Positions 1-10,800 of a stretch of 64,000 nucleotides of DNA are shown here, one piece after another. Within the stretch, counting starts at the first letter, position 1. Every line of letters begins with the position of its first letter. The notes below the pieces were generated by a model that saw only the letters and a list, made by a program, of their open reading frames with translations, was not told the DNA's origin and searched no databases. The translations under genes were made by a program, and so were the position numbers. The DNA is from Candidatus Poribacteria bacterium (GTDB taxonomy: Bacteria > Poribacteria > WGA-4E > WGA-3G), in the NCBI GenBank assembly GCA_965197475.1, contig CBDANF010000002.1:672001-736000 (forward strand), read 5' to 3'.

Positions 1-283
1 ATGAGCACGTCTCATACCTTTGCTTTGAGCATAAAATTGCCCGAGGAGAATACTTGGCGGCAGACGCATATTACTAATGGTTATCACCCCCTCATATTCG
101 TTAATTATTTAAGTTTTCAAGGTCGTATCGTAGACGTTAGAAGCTGCGATATTTTGGTGCCCGCAGTGCACTTCATTTTATGGAGTGTCTCGCCGCGGGC
201 TTTTGTTGTTGCATTGTGGATGTCTACAATGCTTGGATTCCTTATTTCGCACTACACATACAAGCAGCGCGAGCGGCAACTAA

Positions 284-371
284 TACCAAATTAACTGGAT
301 TTATCTTGTTTTATTGACGTAGGTGCGGTTAGGAAACCGCACCTACCGAGACGAATCGCGTTAATTTGGTA
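284..371. mobile_element. 88-bp MITE with TACCAAATTAAC terminal inverted repeats, TAA target duplication and an internal REP-like palindrome
   Basis: TACCAAATTAAC at 284 and GTTAATTTGGTA ending at 371, flanked on both sides by TAA. Internal hairpin GTAGGTGCGGTT-AGGA-AACCGCACCTAC. Related copies at 6026-6099 and about 35260-35314. Confidence 0.8.
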
Positions 372-392
372 TAAAAGAAGTTCTAATTTTTG

Positions 393-420
393 TTGACTCA
401 AAACGGAGACGTGCTAAAAT
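393..420 (+). promoter_or_regulatory. putative sigma70 promoter (TTGACT-16 bp-TAAAAT, extended TGn -10), separated from the downstream gene by the IS1 insertion
   Basis: TTGACT at 393-398, TG at 412-413, TAAAAT at 415-420. Motif match only. Confidence 0.45.
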
Positions 421-424
421 ATAG

Positions 425-1371
425 GAGGGTATTGGTTAAATAATGATGCGGTAATTAGTGGGTACCCTCTGAACCACTCTGCATCACATTTCAATTAGAG
501 TAGAGTTAATGATAACACTTATGACAAAAATTGTCAATCAAAATCAAACTAATAAACTGATTTTGATTGACAGATGTATCTAAAACCTATATCCTTATTG
601 AAAACAAACTCGCTGCTCTATAGAGGACACCATGAAGAATTGCCCAAGATGTCAACACACTCACTTCGTCAAAAACGGGTTCGTCAAAACTAAACAACGC
701 TATAAATGCAAAAACTGCGGTTATCAATGGACGCGCACAACACCCCGGGGGAAACCACAAGCACAGAAAACTCTCGCCGTTCTCTTATATTGCCACGGCA
801 TCTCAATGAACGCTATCTCAAAACTTGTCGGATGCCACGTAACAACTGTGCTTCAATGGATACGCACCTTTGCTAAAAAACAGGCACCGAAACAAACACT
901 CACACCCGGCACCACCGCCTGCTTGGAACTTGATGAGATGTGGCACTATATTGGGAACAAGAAAAACAAACTCTGGATATGGAAGGCACTTGACAGAAAC
1001 ACAGGATACCTCATTGACTGGGAATGTGGTGGGCGTGATAAACAAACCCTTGAAAAACTCACGGCAAGGCTCTCAACCCTCAATGCTAAGATATATTACA
1101 CAGACAAATGGCAGGTCTATGAGTCGGTCCTACCTGCCGTAAAACATGTTCAGGATAAAGCGGAGACGCATCGCATTGAACGCAACAATGGTCGGATGCG
1201 CCACTGGTTCGGACGCTTCAAGCGCAAGTCCATTATTGTTTCCAAAAGCATAGAAATGGTGGATTTGACGATTGCTTTGTTCGCACGATTTCGTGTCAAT
1301 GGCAACGTGTTTGACATTTTAAAACTCGACGGAATAGAAAACATGAATATCATTATTTAACCAATACTCTC
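425..1371 (+). mobile_element. IS1-family insertion sequence, complete
   Basis: 23-bp imperfect TIRs GAG(G/A)GTATTGGTTAAATAATGAT at 425-447 and 1349-1371. 8-bp target duplication AAATATAG at 417-424 and 1372-1379. Confidence 0.92.
632..1360 (+). CDS. IS1-family transposase (single ORF, InsA-InsB fused type)
   Basis: N-terminal zinc ribbon (CPRC...QRYKCKNC), HTH, and DDE motifs ELDEMW, YYTDKW, HRIERNN. Confidence 0.92.
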   Translation: MKNCPRCQHTHFVKNGFVKTKQRYKCKNCGYQWTRTTPRGKPQAQKTLAVLLYCHGISMNAISKLVGCHVTTVLQWIRTFAKKQAPKQTLTPGTTACLELDEMWHYIGNKKNKLWIWKALDRNTGYLIDWECGGRDKQTLEKLTARLSTLNAKIYYTDKWQVYESVLPAVKHVQDKAETHRIERNNGRMRHWFGRFKRKSIIVSKSIEMVDLTIALFARFRVNGNVFDILKLDGIENMNIII

Positions 1372-1426
1372 AAATATAGTATATCTCCTTTGTATAATTT
1401 ATTTAATTTTGAAAAGGAGACTTGAA

Positions 1427-2176
1427 ATGTTAAAGTTTAAGACAATCCTGATCGTAGCTGTGATCTTTTCGCTATTTTTGCTCAGTTTTGTTAGCAAAAG
1501 CGATGCTATTGAAATCATCAAGATGGAATCATCTATGGGGTATGAAATTGTAGGACCTGCCCCATACATCAACGCCTTTGTAGAAACCGACGAGCCGTAC
1601 TATGCTGTTGATTGGTTTGTTGACGGGGTTTATCATATATCCTTTGGTGATGGTAACAAGAAAGTTGCTTCTTTTTATGCTTTCTTTCCAACTGCCTCTA
1701 TACGAGGATCATGGCACGAGGTAAAAGCAATCGCTTATACGATGGATCCTGACAACCCTCCTCAATCTGATATAGAATCCATTTGGATTAAGGTGTATAA
1801 AAGTGTTGAGACTTATGCTACTCCAAATAACGGTGTTGTAGGAATTTGGGCTGCAATTGATCGGCACTTTTACCAAACCGGCGAAATAATCGCCACGCAC
1901 CGAGGCAGTACGTATTCCTTCCCTGATGGGCTCAGTTTTTTCTACCGGTTCAAACGCGAAGTGACACGTCCCGATGGTTTAAATATAGAGATGCTGCCAA
2001 GGGAAGGGTTAATCGTAGCATCAACACATTATACGGAGCATTCAGAAGATTTCCCTGTTGATATACGCGGACGAGGAACGGGGGACTTTGAGTCCTGGGC
2101 ATATACGCGTATTGAAGCTGGTGGTGCTGGTGCCACAGCGACAAGCACAGAGACTTTTTTCCATTTTGATGATTAA
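1427..2176 (+). CDS. secreted hypothetical protein (beta-rich)
   Basis: AAGGAGA RBS before ATG 1427 and a Sec-type signal peptide (MLKFKTILIVAVIFSLFLL...SDA). No recognisable family. Confidence 0.7.
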   Translation: MLKFKTILIVAVIFSLFLLSFVSKSDAIEIIKMESSMGYEIVGPAPYINAFVETDEPYYAVDWFVDGVYHISFGDGNKKVASFYAFFPTASIRGSWHEVKAIAYTMDPDNPPQSDIESIWIKVYKSVETYATPNNGVVGIWAAIDRHFYQTGEIIATHRGSTYSFPDGLSFFYRFKREVTRPDGLNIEMLPREGLIVASTHYTEHSEDFPVDIRGRGTGDFESWAYTRIEAGGAGATATSTETFFHFDD

Positions 2177-2190
2177 GTAAACCTGGTTCT

Positions 2191-2218
2191 GAGGGGTCTC
2201 CACTATGAGAGACTCCTC
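2191..2218 (+). terminator. intergenic stem-loop (possible terminator or processing site)
   Basis: GAGGGGTCTC-cactatga-GAGACTCCTC. No strong U-tail. Confidence 0.35.
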
Positions 2219-2238
2219 CCACCCAAAGGAGGACTACA

Positions 2239-3341
2239 ATGCGTATACTTCTATCAATTTTGTGTCTCAGCTTGCTCCGAGTGCCGAGCGCGAGTGCAAA
2301 AATCGTTTTTGAATCCAAGCGCGACGGAAATTACGAAATCTATGTGATGGATGATGACGGCAGCAACATTCAAAGATTAACAAACAACTTGCTCGGAGAC
2401 TATTCCCCTCGCTGGTCGCCTGATGGCAAACAGATTGTTTTTTTAGGCGAGTGAATCAGCGAGAAAACCAGCGATTTCATCTCTTCATCATAAATGCCGA
2501 TGGCACGAATGAGCGTGAACTCACGGCACCGCATGGAGGACGGGACGTGTGGCCTGTGTTTTCACCGGATGGTAAACGTATTCTTTTTAGCAGGTATCGT
2601 AATAACGAAGACAAAGGGCTTTACGTGCTGGAACTTGAAAGTGGTGTGGTTAGAAAGATCACCGATTTTAACGTGAATGACCCTGAATTTACGCCTGACG
2701 GTAAACATGTTATTTTTGCAGGCGTTCCGAGAGTACAGGAAGGCGGCGGTGCCAATATTTCAATCATGGATGCGAACGGCGGGCGCGCGCGCGAACTTCT
2801 TCCCCCGATCCCTGATGGAATACATCAGACAAGACGCCACGCAAGTTTCTCGCCGAACGGTAAAAAGATACTATATAATGAGTTTGAATTTGAGAATGAG
2901 CTCAAACAATTGAACAACGGTGCGTGGGCGTTTTTCCCGATAGCGTATCGGACAATAATCTGCGATAGCAACGGAGACAACCCACGGAGACTGAATATCC
3001 CGACGAATTGGTTGATCGATTCATTGGTGTGGATGGATAACGGAAAAGCAGCACTTTTCTGTGCTGACGAGGATTTTGACATTCAACAAGCATTTGACGA
3101 TCCGGAAGCAACCTATGATATCTATAGATACGATATTGCCAAGAAACAAATCACTCCACTCACGACGCACCCCGCAAATGACAAGTTTGCAGACTGGATT
3201 AGTGACGATGTCTTCTCTGTTGCTCCTGAAGGAAAGATGTCCATGCAATGGGGTGAACTCAAAGAGCTTCTTGGGACTCACCGTGAAGCATTCAAAGCGT
3301 TTTCACGCAGTTTGCCGTTTTTCCGGCAAAATCAACGCTGA
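2239..3341 (+). pseudogene. secreted TolB-like (PD40/WD40-like beta-propeller) protein, frameshifted at a T7 run
   Basis: ORF 2239-2454 has a signal peptide, KIVFESKRDGNYEIYVM and PRWSPDGKQIVF. It continues in ORF 2451-3341 (PVFSPDGKRILF...). The break is at TTTTTTT 2438-2444. C-terminal SVAPEGKMSMQWGELK motif. Confidence 0.8.
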
Positions 3342-3421
3342 ATGTGCGTGTGACATTAGGTGATGTGTTCTTGTTCTTACTATTTTTAAACGTATACTGA
3401 ATATTTATCTATGAGCCATCC

Positions 3422-4615
3422 TTAACCATTTACTACGGATCTATAAACGGTAAGCAACTTCTTTCCGATGTTCCGCCAATCGTAATCCTGCTCTACGCGT
3501 GCACGACTGTTTTCACCAATTTTTTGACGTAGAGCCGGTTCTGTGAGCAATCGGGTGACTGCCTCAGCGAAGTCTTTCGGTTCATCAGCAATAATAATTT
3601 CCTCACCATCCCGAAGTGCTAATCCCTCTGCGCCAACAGCAGTAGAGACAACAGCTTTCCCCATTGCCAATGCTTCAAGAATTTTTAGGCGTGTCCCGCT
3701 CCCGATACGTAGCGGCACGACAAAAACTGTCGCCTCCGCGAAGTAAGGTTTGATCTCTGGCACACGACCTGTGACGACAACACCTTTCCTATCTGCCAAG
3801 CTTTGGACACGCGCTGATGGGTTTCCACCAACAATCGAAAATTTGACATCCGGCACACTGTCTTGAATCTGCGGTAACACCTCTTCAGCAAAGAATGAGA
3901 CTGCATCTTCGTTCGGATACCAATCCATACTGCCGATATAGATAAGGTGTGCTGAGGCTTCAGATGCAAATTCTGGAATGTAATGCGTAACATCCACCCC
4001 GTTAGGTATCACCTTAACAACACCTTTGGCACAGTGTTGTTGAAAAACAGCAGCATCAATATCAGATGTACACGTAACCGCATCAAACTTGGGGCTTAAC
4101 ACCCGCTCATAACGTTGAAATGCGAGTTGCTGCGTCCAATACGCGCATCTGTAAAAAAGATTCGTAGTTTCCTGGTGAAGTCTTTGCCAGATGGCAGAGT
4201 CAACGTTCTGTTGTGAAAGCACACCGGGGAGGTCTGTTTCTGTATGAAATTGTGCAGTGTGAAACATCTCATAGTGAACGAGATCAAAGGTTTCTGCTGC
4301 CAACAATTCCCTCAATTTCTGGCGATAAGCAAGTACATTGTAACGTGCTACTGTGATCGGTTGTCTTTTGAAAAACGCTGAGAGGAGTGTGCGGAGTGAT
4401 ACCCGTGGGAGTGTTGATGAATTTGGCACAAGGTGAACTTTAATACCTAATTGCTGGATATGCGTAATACTCTCGGCATCTGTTGGTTGCGTCTCTAAGG
4501 CAAGTAGTGTCACATCGTTTTTCTGTGCGGTCTGTTTGAGAAGATTAAATACGCGGATACGTCCGCCATCAGTGAGTGGAAACGGCACGGTAGGAGACAG
4601 AAAAAGAATTTTCAT
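3422..4615 (-). CDS. glycosyltransferase family 4 (GT-B)
   Basis: PFPLTDGGRIR N-terminus, IPNGVD, IGSMDWYPN, and GSGTRLKILEALAMG (GT4 nucleotide-sugar motif). Confidence 0.9.
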   Translation of the reverse strand: MKILFLSPTVPFPLTDGGRIRVFNLLKQTAQKNDVTLLALETQPTDAESITHIQQLGIKVHLVPNSSTLPRVSLRTLLSAFFKRQPITVARYNVLAYRQKLRELLAAETFDLVHYEMFHTAQFHTETDLPGVLSQQNVDSAIWQRLHQETTNLFYRCAYWTQQLAFQRYERVLSPKFDAVTCTSDIDAAVFQQHCAKGVVKVIPNGVDVTHYIPEFASEASAHLIYIGSMDWYPNEDAVSFFAEEVLPQIQDSVPDVKFSIVGGNPSARVQSLADRKGVVVTGRVPEIKPYFAEATVFVVPLRIGSGTRLKILEALAMGKAVVSTAVGAEGLALRDGEEIIIADEPKDFAEAVTRLLTEPALRQKIGENSRARVEQDYDWRNIGKKLLTVYRSVVNG

Positions 4616-4780
4616 GTTCTATGGGAGTATCACTGTTAAAGCATCAATCGCGGTTGTTCGGGTGCCAACAACAATATTGACCTATATCAAGGTAGGCACG
4701 CCGATGGAAGGAGGTATTGTTAACTGTAAAACCTACTATAAATAACCCTATCCTATGTCAAGAAAATTATCTTCGCAGTA

Positions 4781-5890
4781 CTACTGGGAGAGTTCACTGT
4801 TTTGGGGTTCATCGGGTTTATCGGATATACCAACTTTCGCTTTTAACCGCTCCATGAATCCAAGCAACTTTTCTCTATATTGCTGGCGGGAAGTGAGTGT
4901 CGGCGGAGGTGGTATGGAAACAGTACCGCGTTCGCTCTGTACCCAACCTTTGATTTTATTATTAATTCGGATAAGAAGCCATTCACTTTCGAGAGCGAGA
5001 TAAACGTTCAACGCACCCTTCTCATTTCGGATGTTATATTTTTGGGCACCATCGGTTACTCTCCAACTGACACTGTCTTCAATAGCAATCAATTTAGCAT
5101 TTCTTGATAACGGAATTTCCTTGCCTTTGAATCCCTCACGCAATTCTGTAGAGAAAACCCGTTCGTTTAAAGTATCTTTAGATGCTAAATCAACCGAAAA
5201 CAGAAGTGTCTGAATAGGATACTTAGATTGTTGAAATACATTCAGTTTTTTGGCATCATTTCTAATTTCGTAAGCTTGCTGAAACTTCTTATCTTCTATT
5301 AACCACAACTTTCCTGCTTTTTCAGCAGAGAATTTCATATCCGGTGAAAGTGTAAGCTTGTTTATGTTAAATACATCTTCTAAATTAGGTAGATAAATAT
5401 CAAGCTGATCCCCATTTCTCTCTACGGTATAACCTGCCCCAATACTATTTTCCGTAAGAAGCCAGTCCTTACCACTTAGCAAAACCTTAACTGTTGTTGA
5501 ACTTGAATTTAATCGGACACCTGCTTTTGAATCATCAAACATTTTCTGCCAGTTCAATACAGTTTTCAATTCCTTGTCCAACAGTTCCTCACTATACCTT
5601 GCCCGTTGCCCCAGATGGACACTAAAGACCAATTCCTTAGAAAATACACCAAGGCTTAAATTGCTCAGATATATTTGTTCAATGCTAAAAAGGGAAACAT
5701 TTTTTGTATAAGCGACTGGTTTTGAGTTGACCGTAGGTCTCCCCCGCACTGATGTTCGTGTGTGAACTTGTAACTTCGGTTCTTCTGGCTGCGCGACAGG
5801 TGGCGCATGGAGAACATATACGCCAAAACAAACACCAATAATTAAAAAAAATAATATAATGAAGAATAGACCTTTAAGAAGTGCTTTCAT
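4781..5890 (-). CDS. membrane-anchored hypothetical protein with internal repeats
   Basis: N-terminal TM helix. Repeated W-x-(I/V/L)-x-(D/E/N)...Y-x-(I/V)-x-(N/R)...L-(N/D)-(V/I)-(Y/F) unit three times. Possible SH3-like WLLIRINNKIKGWV tail. Confidence 0.65.
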   Translation of the reverse strand: MKALLKGLFFIILFFLIIGVCFGVYVLHAPPVAQPEEPKLQVHTRTSVRGRPTVNSKPVAYTKNVSLFSIEQIYLSNLSLGVFSKELVFSVHLGQRARYSEELLDKELKTVLNWQKMFDDSKAGVRLNSSSTTVKVLLSGKDWLLTENSIGAGYTVERNGDQLDIYLPNLEDVFNINKLTLSPDMKFSAEKAGKLWLIEDKKFQQAYEIRNDAKKLNVFQQSKYPIQTLLFSVDLASKDTLNERVFSTELREGFKGKEIPLSRNAKLIAIEDSVSWRVTDGAQKYNIRNEKGALNVYLALESEWLLIRINNKIKGWVQSERGTVSIPPPPTLTSRQQYREKLLGFMERLKAKVGISDKPDEPQNSELSQ

Positions 5891-6025
5891 AAGTGGACTC
5901 TGATATTTTTATAGAATTTGGAATATACAATTACTTCTCATTTAAACGGATATTGATAAAATTGGTTAACATTAAGTTAGTCCAAGAACACAATTACTAT
6001 AATGCCAATTCACGTGACTTTGTTA

Positions 6026-6099
6026 TACCAAATTAACCGGATTTATCGTATTATCTGGGCGGCGGCGCGCTTACAGATTAGAATCAAGTTAGTTTGGTA
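6026..6099. mobile_element. 74-bp MITE of the TACCAAATTAAC family
   Basis: TACCAAATTAACCGGATTTATC...GTTAGTTTGGTA, flanked by TTA on both sides. Confidence 0.75.
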
Positions 6100-6168
6100 T
6101 TATGTAATTGTGCCGTTTCACTATATTGTACTACAAACCAAAGAAATATGCAAGCCTTAAACCCTTTA

Positions 6169-7548
6169 GGGGTGTGTAAAGTTTTTGTACAGGTATGAAT
6201 TGGAAAGATGTTACAAGTTTTACCCAAAAATGGTATCCTATCCTAATAAATTATGAACAAAATAGGAGAGGATACCGATGTTTAGTATATCATTAGAGCG
6301 TTGTGAAGTCAAAGCGTTTGAAGGCGTATTTCAGAAGTTTGTAGAAGAATTCAACGATTTTGCGGGAGAGATGTTTTCCGATCCGTGTATACCGTTAGAA
6401 GAAGCGGAGTTTCGTGTATTTGAGGCATCTCGTTCGTGGTGTCAAAAGTTTTTAGAGATATTTATTTCTCAAAAAGCGAGTGAACAGTCTGGTGAACCTG
6501 TTGAATGTCCCGAACATCAGGAAGCGTGTCGTCCGTGGTGTAAAAGAGAGCGGCGTATTACGACCTTGTGTGGTGTTATCCGTGTAAAACGTTGGGTGTA
6601 TCGTTGTCCTTGTGGTCATAATCATGTGCCGTTTGATACCAAACAGAAGTTGCGAGGTCAATGGACGCATCGTGTTGCTGAGGCGATGTGTCGTTTGGCG
6701 GCACTTCTTGACTTTAGAGAAGCGTCAGAAGAGTTATCTCGTCAGGGAATAGAAGTCCACCAGTAGAAAATCAGCGATGGTATGTGAGTTGTGATGGCTG
6801 TCGGACGAACTCACTGGATGGTTGGGAAGAAGTAAAAGTTGGTTGTATTTATAGGGATTATCCGCAACAAGGTTCTGGGGCGATACCGAGTGCCAGAACA
6901 TCCAGTATCCGTTATGTTGCGTCTCGTCCTGATGTGGCACATTTTGGTAAAGAGTTGTTTGCGTTAGCGACAAACAGCGGTATCTATCAAGAAGCTATAG
7001 ATACCCAGGAGATTGTGTTTATTGGCGATGGTGCTGCGTGGATATGGAACTTAGCCGATGAATACTTCCCCAATGCGGTTGAGATTGTGGATTACAGGCA
7101 GGCCAAATCTCATCTGTATGATGTTGCCAAACACGCATTTGGTGAGACTGAAATAGAAGCGATTGGTGCGTGGATAAAAGCGACGGAACCGCATCTTTTT
7201 GATGGCCACATCACAGAAGTGGTCGCACGCATCCGCACCTTAGGAGCACAGAACCCGGAAGTTTCGGATATTTTAGAAAGAGAAGCGAAGTATTTTGAAA
7301 AACACGCGAAGCGTATGCGGTATCAAGCGTTTAGAGAAAAAGGATATTAGATTGGCAGTGGTGTGATTGAGAGTGCCTGTAAACATGTTGTCGGGCAAAG
7401 ATGTAAACAGGCTTCTATGAGGCGGGAGAAACCGGGTATCAACGCTGTACTTGGGTGGCGATGTTTGTATAAGAATAATGCTTGGGATAGTTATTGGTAT
7501 CTAAACACAAAAGCCGCATAATCTTTGTACAAAAACTTTACACACCCC
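6169..7548 (+). mobile_element. ISKra4-family insertion sequence, degenerate
   Basis: Perfect 23-bp TIRs GGGGTGTGTAAAGTTTTTGTACA at 6169-6191 and 7526-7548. No clear target duplication. Confidence 0.85.
6278..7521 (+). pseudogene. ISKra4-family transposase pseudogene
   Basis: Fragments: zinc finger (ECPEH...YRCPCGH), EVKVG, FIGDGAAWIW, EIVDY. After an in-frame TAG at 7348-7350 the frame continues IGSGVIESACKHVVGQRCKQASMR. There is also a break near 6766. Confidence 0.85.
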
Positions 7549-7854
7549 AAAAAGATTGTTGTTCAGAACTATTCAATTCTTGCGAGGTACTTTTGTAGGA
7601 GTGCTTTGTTAGCCCGATTTATGTGGGTAACAGCGTGTCCTTAGTGCTGATTATATGTGCAAACACGACAACTTGATGTCTCTCGGAAAATGCTAAAATT
7701 GCTTGAATTCAATCCATACGTGTGCTAAACTTCAGAATGTTCCTTGTGATTTGTATTTTGCAGGTCAACTATTGACCTACCATTATTCTTGGACCGTTAG
7801 ATTAAAACGAACGTGGGACACCCGAAAACTTAACACCCCAAGAGGAACCATCAG

Positions 7855-10800
7855 ATGAAAAAGAGACTGTTAATCATACTGAGTTTGTTGTTAGTTTCTA
7901 CTACTTTCCTACCGAACGGTTTTGCGCAAGACTTCAACCGATGGGGTTTACCTGAAGGTGCAATAGCACGTTTGGGTAAAGGGTGGATAACGGATATGGC
8001 GTTTTCACCTGACAGAAACCAACTCGCAGTGGCGTGTTCTATCGGTATATGGCTTTACAATGTGCGCACTGGCACCGAGGAAGCCTTCCTAAAGGGACAT
8101 ACAGAACTGGTCAATTCGGTTGCTTATTCTCCAGATGGGAAAATCCTTGCAAGTGGTAGTAATGATTGGACGATTCGAATTTGGGATGTGGATAAACGAA
8201 AGCATATTAAGACACTTGAAGGTCATACGGGTAAGGTTAATTCTGTAGCGTATTCGCAGGATGGAGAGACCATTGTAAGTGGAAGTGATGATGGAATTCG
8301 GGTTTGGAATGTTGAAAACTGGAATGATAAGATACTTTATAGAAGTGAGAATGCTGGCATAGTTAACATGATGTATTCACCTGATGAAAAAACACTTACC
8401 AGTTTAAGTAAAAACGGCAAAATAGAATCATGGGATTTAACAAGTGGTGAGAAGCAATGGACTATATTAGGGTATAAAAAATCAAGAAAACTCAAATCAC
8501 TGCTACAGAATGTTATTAAATTAAGTTCATATTCACTTGATGGTAAGACATTTGCCAATTGGTCTGGTGTAGAAATGCGTTTGTATAACGTAGTCAAAGG
8601 TAATTTGGAACTTCTCTTTAAAAAATCTGAAATATCTGTTTATTCGTTAGCATTTTCTCCAAATGGCAGCACAATTGTCACTGGAAGTGATGATGGTACA
8701 ATTAGTATATGGAATACGAAGAATGGAGAGCATAAACGAACTCTTCCTGGACATTCAGGTATGGTGACATCTGTGGCATATTCCCCGGACGGTAACATTG
8801 TCGCCAGTGCAAGTTTAGATGGGACGATTCGTCTGTGGGGTGCAGTGGGCGGATTGCCAAAACGAACTTTTACGGGACATACCCGTAATTTCGATCTCCT
8901 TGCATATTCGCCAAACGGGAAAACACTTGCAAGCAGGACCAAGAACGGTAACATTTTTGTATGGGATGCCAAGACATTTAAATACAAGTTTACACTTGCT
9001 GTCCATACAAATTACAAAGATGTTCTCCGGACTGCTGAAAGGCGTAATAGGGGGACCAATACCGAAAGAATAAACGTTCCACTTGCCTATTCTCCGGATG
9101 GGACTACACTTGCAACTGCAGATATGAACAATACCATACGTTTATGGGACACAGAAAACGGTAAACTTAAACTGACTTTTAAGGCAAAAAATGATGAAGA
9201 ACAACCGCCCGATCAGAATAATCGTGTTCGCCGTCCATATACTATCACCTCGTTAGCATATTCTATAGATGGAAAGACACTTGTGGGTGGTAGTAGAGAT
9301 GGTAAGATTCAATTCTGGGACCTTGAACGTGAAGGGCATCAACAAACGTTTGCAGAGCAGAGATTTCCTGTAATTTTCTTAGGGTATCCCTTGAATGATA
9401 GGATAATTACAAGCGAGATGGTTTCAGAAATAAATATTTGGGATGTTCCGAAACAACAACTTATCCGAACAATTAACATACAACAAATAAGGGGTGGAAG
9501 GGGCGGCATAAATTCCATTTCATTTTCTCCAGATGGCAAGACGGTTGCAGATGCAAATGATGATAATAAAATATTTCTTTGGAATACTGAAACTGGAACA
9601 CTTCAACAAAAAATTTCTGTACATACAGATAAGGTTTCTTCAATTGCTTATTCACCAGACGGTAGTACGCTTGCAAGTGCAGGTGATGATAATTACATTC
9701 GTTTGTGGGATGCGGGGACTGGACAGTATAAGCGGACACTTACCGGACATTTGGGCAGTGTCACTTCAGTCGCCTTTTCTCCTGACGGGAAAACATTAGC
9801 AAGCACAAGCGATGACGGGACGATTTTGCTGTGGGATATTGCACATGTAAAGCAGGGCAATGAATCAAAACCCGCACATGAAAAATGGACAGATATATCG
9901 CAATGGAATTTGCCGGACGAGGCATCAGCACGGCTTGGAAAAGGTTTAGTAAAAGATATTGCGTATTCACCAGACGGTAACCACTTAGCAGTGGCAAGCA
10001 GTATAGGCACATGGATCTATGATATTCGCACGGGTGCCGAACGCGCCTTGTTCCCAGGACCTATGGCATCAATTGAGCAGATATCATATTCACCTGATGG
10101 TAGAATACTTGCGGGGAGAAATTCTCGTGAGATTTATTCGCTTGATGCAGTAACCGGCAAATATTTGCATACTATATCTTTGAATTCAGTCCATTCTGGT
10201 TCTGGACGTAGGACATTTATGTATTCACGTGATGGAAGCAAGCTTGTAAGTTGGGGGCATGGTGGTAGTGTACAATTGTGGGATGCCATAACTGGTCAAC
10301 ACAGACACACAATTGAGGGGACGAGTAATAGTTATTGTTTTGCGTTTTCTCCAGATGGTTCAACGATCGCATACAGCATACGCGCTATGCCAGAAATCAG
10401 CAATAAAGTGCATCTGTGGGATGGGACTACTTCAAAACACAAGAAAACTTTAACCGGACACAAGCATGGGGTTGAATCCATTATATGGGCACCAAATGGA
10501 AAAACCATAGCAAGTCTAAGTAAGCCAAATGGTTGGTCGCCCGGTTCAAGTAAAATAGATATCCAATTGTGGGATGCAGAAACAGGCAATCTTAAACACA
10601 CACTGACTTATGATGAATATGTCAGTTTAGTTACATATTCTCCTGATGGTAAGACCTTAGCTGTTGGATCAGATATGCTTATTTACTTATATGATGTTTT
10701 AAGTGGAAAACTCAAACATAAACTTTTGGGGTATGCCCCATTTGTGTTTTCACCAGATGGAAAAACAATTGCAGTTGATGGTTATATCAACACTATCAGT

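Noticed and set aside
1-283. ORF 1-294 and hairpins at about 158-230 as a gene or riboswitch
   Set aside because: The ORF has no recognisable motifs and ends in a MITE. The hairpins match no RNA family I can support.
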